64,000 nucleotides of DNA, taken from positions 67,308 through 131,307 of the forward strand of contig CAZGXN010000002.1 in assembly GCA_964530135.1 (NCBI GenBank), written 5' to 3'. Under the pieces are notes generated by a model. The model was not told the DNA's origin, ran no database searches, and saw only the letters and a list, made by a program, of their open reading frames with translations. Positions 59,206 through 64,000 of this stretch are shown here, piece after piece; positions within the stretch are counted from its first letter, which is position 1, and every line of letters begins with the position of its first letter. Source of the stretch: an uncultured Bdellovibrionales bacterium. Lineage in GTDB: Bacteria; Patescibacteriota; Minisyncoccia; Moranbacterales; UBA1568. A program made the position numbers and the translations under genes.

Positions 59206-60072
59206 TCATGAATTGGTTGTACTGCCCATTGCGGCGCGGAGTTTTTCCTGAGCTGACTTCATAGCTGCTTTGAAGGTTTCAATGGCGGTATCAATGGATT
59301 GCCGGCGAGTTTCAGCCAATGCCTTCACATCATCTCGGATCTTCTCAACCGACCCGCGGTCTGCCTTTAAGGCCGCCCGAGCTGTCTTCACTGCAGCTTC
59401 ATAATTTGAACGGATAGTCTTTGGATCAACGTCATTTTCACAATCTGATTTTGCCTGAGTAGCCGCTGCATCGACCGCTGATTTGAATTTTGCATAATTA
59501 TCAGTTGCATTGCTCTTCCTCGCGGTAACAAGAGCATCCACCGCTGTACGAAAATCCTCAATCGCTTTGTCAATCGCTGCCCGTCGCGCGGCGATCGCTG
59601 CGTCGACCGCTGATTTAAATTCAACCACTGCTGCTTTCTGAGCATCGGTACCCGCTTTTTCACTCAGTTTGGCATACAGCGCAGCCCGCCGTTCATCCTG
59701 TGCTGCACGTTTCGTTTCAAGCTGCTCGTCACGATTGTCCCGACGCGCGGTATGACGACTGACCCGATCCTCAATCCGTCCCTTTACCCGATCAGTCCGA
59801 TTATCCATCCGGTCGCTCCGGTTATCGAGCCGTTCCGTAAACCGAGCACAAAAGGCATCCTGACGCTCTGCTTTTTTTTCCTCCTTCTTTTCCTCCCAGT
59901 CAGCCTTGCGTTCTTCCAAGCGAGCCTTGGCTTCTTCGGCGCGCTGAGTAAATCGCGTATTCGCACCACCCTCTGATTCAGCCGAAACAATGAGTGGTGA
60001 TCCCAAAATAGCCGCCATTGAAAGAACGGACAGGAAACGTTTTGTAAGAGTCGTATTCATACGCTTTGTCAA
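59206..60072 (-). CDS. Secreted coiled-coil protein with internal DRxD/NR repeats.
   Basis: Signal peptide MTKRMNTTLTKRFLSVLSMAAILGSPLIVSAESEG; Ala/Glu/Lys/Arg-rich heptad-like sequence; repeated RLDNRSDRMDNRTDRVKGRIEDRVSRH encoded by imperfect ~15-nt DNA repeats (~59760-59830). Confidence 0.55.
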   Translation of the reverse strand: MTKRMNTTLTKRFLSVLSMAAILGSPLIVSAESEGGANTRFTQRAEEAKARLEERKADWEEKKEEKKAERQDAFCARFTERLDNRSDRMDNRTDRVKGRIEDRVSRHTARRDNRDEQLETKRAAQDERRAALYAKLSEKAGTDAQKAAVVEFKSAVDAAIAARRAAIDKAIEDFRTAVDALVTARKSNATDNYAKFKSAVDAAATQAKSDCENDVDPKTIRSNYEAAVKTARAALKADRGSVEKIRDDVKALAETRRQSIDTAIETFKAAMKSAQEKLRAAMGSTTNS

Positions 60073-60082
60073 ACATTACAGA

Positions 60083-60439
60083 TTAATTTCCCTCTTCGAG
60101 ATCAGCCATCTCATCTTCTCCAAGAGCCGAGAAATCCTCCCGATCGGCGAGGGCTTCATCAATGAGATCAGCAGTGGCGGTATCGGGCGTAACCGTAGCT
60201 GGCAATGGTGTCGTTGCTACGGATGATGGCGCTGCCTGCTTTTCTGTTTTACCCATACTATCCGATGTTGGCATCATCGGGTTTGTTGCAGATGGACTCG
60301 GCTGATCCTGCATACTGTACTGAGTATAGATCAATGCCAGTATGACCAGCATGAGAAAGAGCGCGAATCCAAAACCCAACATTCTTCGAGGTATCATAAT
60401 GTTTGTTGTGTATATTAATGAATTACCCGCACTCTGCAC
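60083..60439 (-). CDS. Small bitopic membrane protein with Thr/Pro-rich linker and acidic C-terminal tail.
   Basis: TM GFGFALFLMLVILALIY; 10-nt gap to the coiled-coil gene. Confidence 0.45.
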   Translation of the reverse strand: MQSAGNSLIYTTNIMIPRRMLGFGFALFLMLVILALIYTQYSMQDQPSPSATNPMMPTSDSMGKTEKQAAPSSVATTPLPATVTPDTATADLIDEALADREDFSALGEDEMADLEEGN

Positions 60440-60490
60440 CAGCGAGATAATCAGACGCTACTGACCCATATTCTACCATACTTTGTAGCC

Positions 60491-60943
60491 TTGCCAAATA
60501 GCCAAACCCACGGTATGGTCGAGACAAATAGTTGGTCCTTTAACTTTCCGGAGGGCTCTAGCATGGTCCACACTTCCGCGCTCTTCAGCCGTTTCATGAT
60601 GAAAGAGGCATACACCGTATCCCTCATCCGGCAACTGATCTATCCAACCGGTAACGTGCACTGCACGGCCATCGAGTACCGTTTGATATACACCAGTATC
60701 ATCAATGCCCCAAGTGCCGCCCAAGCCGTCATGGAGGCCCTCTACGAATACTCTACCGAACGCCTCATCGCTCGACGGAGCACAGGGAACAAATCACTCA
60801 GTCTAAAAAATCTCAGCGACATTGATCTCTGGGCTCATAACTGGACTTGGTCTACACTCCGACTCACCGGAACTCCCAAACAAGACATCTTCTTTGTTGT
60901 CAAGCCGTGGGAGCCGCCAAAGCGCCTCCCACCAACCGATTGA
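60491..60943 (+). CDS. Hypothetical protein (TTG start; true start uncertain).
   Basis: 150-aa plus-strand ORF in a 540-bp gap; a competing 83-aa minus ORF 60473..60724 looks less protein-like. Confidence 0.25.
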   Translation: MPNSQTHGMVETNSWSFNFPEGSSMVHTSALFSRFMMKEAYTVSLIRQLIYPTGNVHCTAIEYRLIYTSIINAPSAAQAVMEALYEYSTERLIARRSTGNKSLSLKNLSDIDLWAHNWTWSTLRLTGTPKQDIFFVVKPWEPPKRLPPTD

Positions 60944-60976
60944 AGCCGTATTGTATATCAAAATGACGGCTGTACT

Positions 60977-63043
60977 TCACCCAGACACATCATGTTGACT
61001 GGGGTTTTTTTTACGTACATTCGCCGTCTGTCGAGCCTCAAGTGCCCGAATCTCATCCCGCAAGATAGCTGCCGTTTCAAAATCGAGCAGTTTCACCGCT
61101 GCCCTCATCTCTCGCTCTTTGGTACGGATGATCTTTTCTGGATCCCGAGCAAAACCTTTGGCATCAAGCGCGAGTGAAACAGCGACCGCCTTGTCGTGCT
61201 CGCTCTGAAGCTTTTCAGTAATATCATGGATGTTCTTGCGGATAGTCCGAGGGGTGATCGCGTGCTCAGTATTGTAGGCGAGCTGAAGCGCCCGTCGTCG
61301 AGCTGTCTCACTCAACGCATACTCAATCGACGATGTTGTCCGATCAGCGTAAAGTATTACCCGCCCCAGGACATTTCTCGCCGCCCGACCGATAATCTGA
61401 ATGAGCGATGTTTCGGAGCGGAGAAATCCCTCCTTGTCTGCATCCAAGATACCGATAAATGTTACTTCCGGCAGGTCCAGTCCTTCTCGCAAGAGATTCA
61501 CACCGACAAGACAATCAAACTCCCCTTTTCGAAAGCGAGTAAGGATCTTGATACGGTCGATCGTCAACACATCACTATGAAGATATTCGGCTCGGATATT
61601 TTTTTCTTTGAGATATTGTGCCAAGTCTTCAGCCATTTTCTTCGTCAGAGTGGTCGCGATCACACGGCCACCTTTTTTCACTTCGTTTTCAGTCTCACGG
61701 ATAAAATCTCCAATCTGGCCCGGATAGTCAGCCCTCGCCTGAATCGGCCGAATAGTAACTTCGGGATCGAGGAGTCCCGTTGGACGGATAACCTGCTCGA
61801 CAGTCTGCATACTCACTGTACGCTCGTACTCAGCTGGGGTCGCCGAAGTAAAAACGATGGGTCCAACCCGTTCGAGAAATTCCTCATACCGCAGCGGACG
61901 ATTATCCAGCGCGCTCGGGAGACGGAAACCAAAATCAATGAGGGTTTTCTTTCGGGCTTGATCACCATGGTACATCCCTCGGAGTTGCGGTAGCGTAACA
62001 TGCGATTCATCGATGATCGTCAGAAAATCCGGTGATCCATCTGGCAAATGTGGGAAATATGAAAGCAATGTTTCGGGTGGTTCACCGGCACTTTTCCCCG
62101 AAAGATGCCGCGAGTAATTTTCAATCCCTGAGCAATATCCAATCTCGTCAATCATCGCAAGATCATAGTGAGTCCGACGCTTCAGTCGTTCGGCCTCAAG
62201 GAGCTTCCCCTCCCTTGCGAATTCCTTGAGCTGCCAATCGAGCTCTTCGCGAATCGTTACCAATGCTTTTTCCTTTTTGTCCTGATCGGTGATAAAATGT
62301 TTGGTCGGAAATAAAATGATAGCATCTTCTTTCCGCAGAACAGTCTGTGAAACGGGATCAATTTTAGTTATCGCTTCAATCCGATTGGCACCGAGCTCAA
62401 GAGCATAGATATATTTCTCGGAAATCGGCATCACTTCAATCCGATTGCCAATCGCCCGAAAATGGCCAGGGGTGATATCGGCATTGGTCCGCTCGAAAAA
62501 GATAGTGATGAGACGACGAAGAAGGGTTTCGCGAGTGATGATTTCACCAACAGACAGTTTAATATTTTCCCGCAAATATTCTTCGGGACTCCCGAGACCG
62601 TAAATACAAGATACCGAAGCGATGATGATGACATCTCGCCGTGTCAGCAGCGACTGGGTCGAAGCATGCCGGAGCCGATCAATTTCTTCATTGATCGAAG
62701 CGTCTTTCTCGATATAGGTATCGGTGATCGGCATATACGCTTCCGGCTGGTAAAAATCATAATACGAGACGAAGTAGTGAACCGCGGCCGTAGGAAAGAA
62801 GACTTCAAATTCTTGAGCGAGCTGAGCCGCTAGAGTCTTATTGTGTGCGATGACGAGCACCGGACTTGCCTGTCGGGCGATCACATTGGCCATCGTAAAT
62901 GTCTTGCCTGATCCCGTAACACCAAGCAATGTCTGAAAGCGGTCGCCGCGATGGAGACCGGTCATGAGGGATTCAATCGCCCCCGGCTGATCTCCCGCCG
63001 GCGGCCAATCAGATTTCAATTGAAAGAGTGGTGTGTGCTTCAT
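60977..63043 (-). CDS. uvrB: Excinuclease ABC subunit B; start at the internal MKHTPLFQL.
   Basis: FQLKSDWPPAGDQPGAIESL, LLGVTGSGKTFTMANVI, DESH, UVR domain LRDEIRALE at the C-terminus. Confidence 0.95.
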   Translation of the reverse strand: MKHTPLFQLKSDWPPAGDQPGAIESLMTGLHRGDRFQTLLGVTGSGKTFTMANVIARQASPVLVIAHNKTLAAQLAQEFEVFFPTAAVHYFVSYYDFYQPEAYMPITDTYIEKDASINEEIDRLRHASTQSLLTRRDVIIIASVSCIYGLGSPEEYLRENIKLSVGEIITRETLLRRLITIFFERTNADITPGHFRAIGNRIEVMPISEKYIYALELGANRIEAITKIDPVSQTVLRKEDAIILFPTKHFITDQDKKEKALVTIREELDWQLKEFAREGKLLEAERLKRRTHYDLAMIDEIGYCSGIENYSRHLSGKSAGEPPETLLSYFPHLPDGSPDFLTIIDESHVTLPQLRGMYHGDQARKKTLIDFGFRLPSALDNRPLRYEEFLERVGPIVFTSATPAEYERTVSMQTVEQVIRPTGLLDPEVTIRPIQARADYPGQIGDFIRETENEVKKGGRVIATTLTKKMAEDLAQYLKEKNIRAEYLHSDVLTIDRIKILTRFRKGEFDCLVGVNLLREGLDLPEVTFIGILDADKEGFLRSETSLIQIIGRAARNVLGRVILYADRTTSSIEYALSETARRRALQLAYNTEHAITPRTIRKNIHDITEKLQSEHDKAVAVSLALDAKGFARDPEKIIRTKEREMRAAVKLLDFETAAILRDEIRALEARQTANVRKKNPSQHDVSG

Positions 63044-63088
63044 ATCAAGGGGTAAAAAAAGAAAAACAGTCCGATCACACAAATGAAA

Positions 63089-63808
63089 TCATTTTGAAGA
63101 GACCCGCCTCGTTGTCCACCAATGTACCAAACGACGATAGAGGTGGAGACCGTGGTGGCGATTGGCATACAACCAGACGAGACTCGCAACTGTCAATCCA
63201 ACCAGAAGAATACCGATACCAAAACGCATGCGTTCAATATCCATAAAGAAGGCCCGTAAGGCCTGCACGCCAGAATATCCGGCCATGGCATAGAAAAAAT
63301 CTTTGCAAAAATTACCCAGATACGAAGCGGTAAGAAAAACGCGGAGCCGGATACGGATAACACCTGCAGCAATTGAGATCAGAATGGTGGGGAAAAAAGG
63401 GATGACACGCAAGAGAAACAGAAGCACTCCGTCCCGCCAGGGGCTGCCACTGAATTTTTGACCAATGCGCTCAATATCAGCATGCTTCAGTCCAAGGTAG
63501 CGACCAAAACGGTCGACCACGACATCTTCGAGCTTGTCACCGAGTGTGTAGTAGATATACGACCCAATGAGTTTGCCAAGATTGCCGAGCACCACGAGCC
63601 AGACCAAAAAAAGCACGGTCCGTCCTTCAAGATGCGCAAAGAAACCCGCCGTTGTCATAACGAGCATCGACGGAATCGGCGCGATAACTTCTTCAGCAAA
63701 AGACCCAATAAAAACAAAGATCTCAAGCGGAACAATGGCCGCTAATTCACGGATCCCATTTTCAACCTGATGGAGCCAGATAAACATGCTTGAATACTGG
63801 CCAATCAC
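63089..63808 (-). CDS. DedA/TVP38 family membrane protein.
   Basis: Polytopic; ...FIGSFAEEVIAPIPSMLVMTTAGFF... DedA signature region. Confidence 0.7.
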   Translation of the reverse strand: MIGQYSSMFIWLHQVENGIRELAAIVPLEIFVFIGSFAEEVIAPIPSMLVMTTAGFFAHLEGRTVLFLVWLVVLGNLGKLIGSYIYYTLGDKLEDVVVDRFGRYLGLKHADIERIGQKFSGSPWRDGVLLFLLRVIPFFPTILISIAAGVIRIRLRVFLTASYLGNFCKDFFYAMAGYSGVQALRAFFMDIERMRFGIGILLVGLTVASLVWLYANRHHGLHLYRRLVHWWTTRRVSSK

Positions 63809-64000
63809 AGTGCACGATTAAACGCATCATCAATGCGATCGACATCTTTGCGTTCGAGCCCGAGCTTCAAGGCATCTTCACGGAGTTCACTGATGAACTC
63901 TTCTTTCTCCTTATAATTCATACCATTTGAAGAACCTTGCTTATCCATATGACCCTCCGCCGCCGCCTCCACGATTGCGCGTTCTCGCTCATTCAACCCC
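63805..64000 (-). CDS. Hypothetical protein, C-terminal fragment (gene continues beyond the window end).
   Basis: ORF open to the window edge (the track's M is a TTG 4 nt from the end); overlaps the DedA start by 4 nt. Confidence 0.3.
   Translation of the reverse strand, partial: GLNERERAIVEAAAEGHMDKQGSSNGMNYKEKEEFISELREDALKLGLERKDVDRIDDAFNRAL

Noticed and set aside
60473-60724. 83-aa minus-strand ORF (Gly/Trp/His-rich) competing with the plus-strand ORF 60491..60943.
   Set aside because: It has unusual composition and no clear start signal. At most one of the two is real, so I listed the longer plus-strand ORF with low confidence.
1-64000. Search for CRISPR arrays, cas genes, tRNA/rRNA genes, transposases and integrases.
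   Set aside because: I found no regularly spaced direct repeats, no GGTTCGAATCC-type T-loop matches in intergenic regions, and no recombinase-like ORFs. The Cas4-like nuclease is not accompanied by an array.

Overview
This 64 kb window is a gene-dense, almost entirely minus-strand-coding stretch of a bacterial chromosome, with about 50% GC and many GTG/TTG starts. The gene content suggests a small-genome, Patescibacteria/CPR-like organism: a DUF4012 protein, a secretin-less type IV pilus locus, a truncated dcw cluster, and several small hypothetical membrane proteins. This lineage assignment is an inference only.

Main blocks, left to right:
- mltG (partial), yjbQ, trxA, lepA, murJ.
- A surface-polysaccharide block: DUF4012 protein, GT4 glycosyltransferase, galU, and rmlA/rmlD/rmlB/rmlC with glyA wedged between rmlD and rmlA by 4-nt overlaps.
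- A short dcw cluster (mraZ-rsmH-ftsL-ftsI-murF) ending in a KH-domain protein.
- pepA, rarA, xth, a miaB-like methylthiotransferase, and rlmN.
- A type IV pilus locus (pilC, three prepilin/PilX-like proteins, pilM-pilN-pilO) directly preceded by a nucleotidyltransferase-fold gene.
- uvrC and uvrA.
- An accessory stretch: Cas4-like PD-(D/E)XK nuclease, C39-like peptidase, DEAD-box helicase, MerT-like protein, malic enzyme, SDR, PQQ-type sugar dehydrogenase, DUF1905, GIY-YIG and YgjP proteins.
- A sigma-70 factor that appears to carry two region-4 HTH modules.
- An ogt / ChbG-like deacetylase / second uvrA operon. This UvrA paralog lacks the ~110-aa insertion domain.
- A secreted coiled-coil protein, uvrB and a DedA protein.

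The most unusual items are the insertion-domain-less UvrA2 sitting in an operon with Ogt, and a hypothetical gene whose 3' half is a 63-72% GC island with its own promoter and terminator. Other items worth a look are the pilus locus with very large pilin-like proteins, the duplicated region 4 in the sigma factor, and repeated plus-strand TGnTATACTAGGGG promoter-like motifs in a region with no plus-strand genes.

I found no rRNA, tRNA, CRISPR array, transposase or integrase. Coordinates I derived by hand (not taken from the ORF track) may be off by 1-3 nt.
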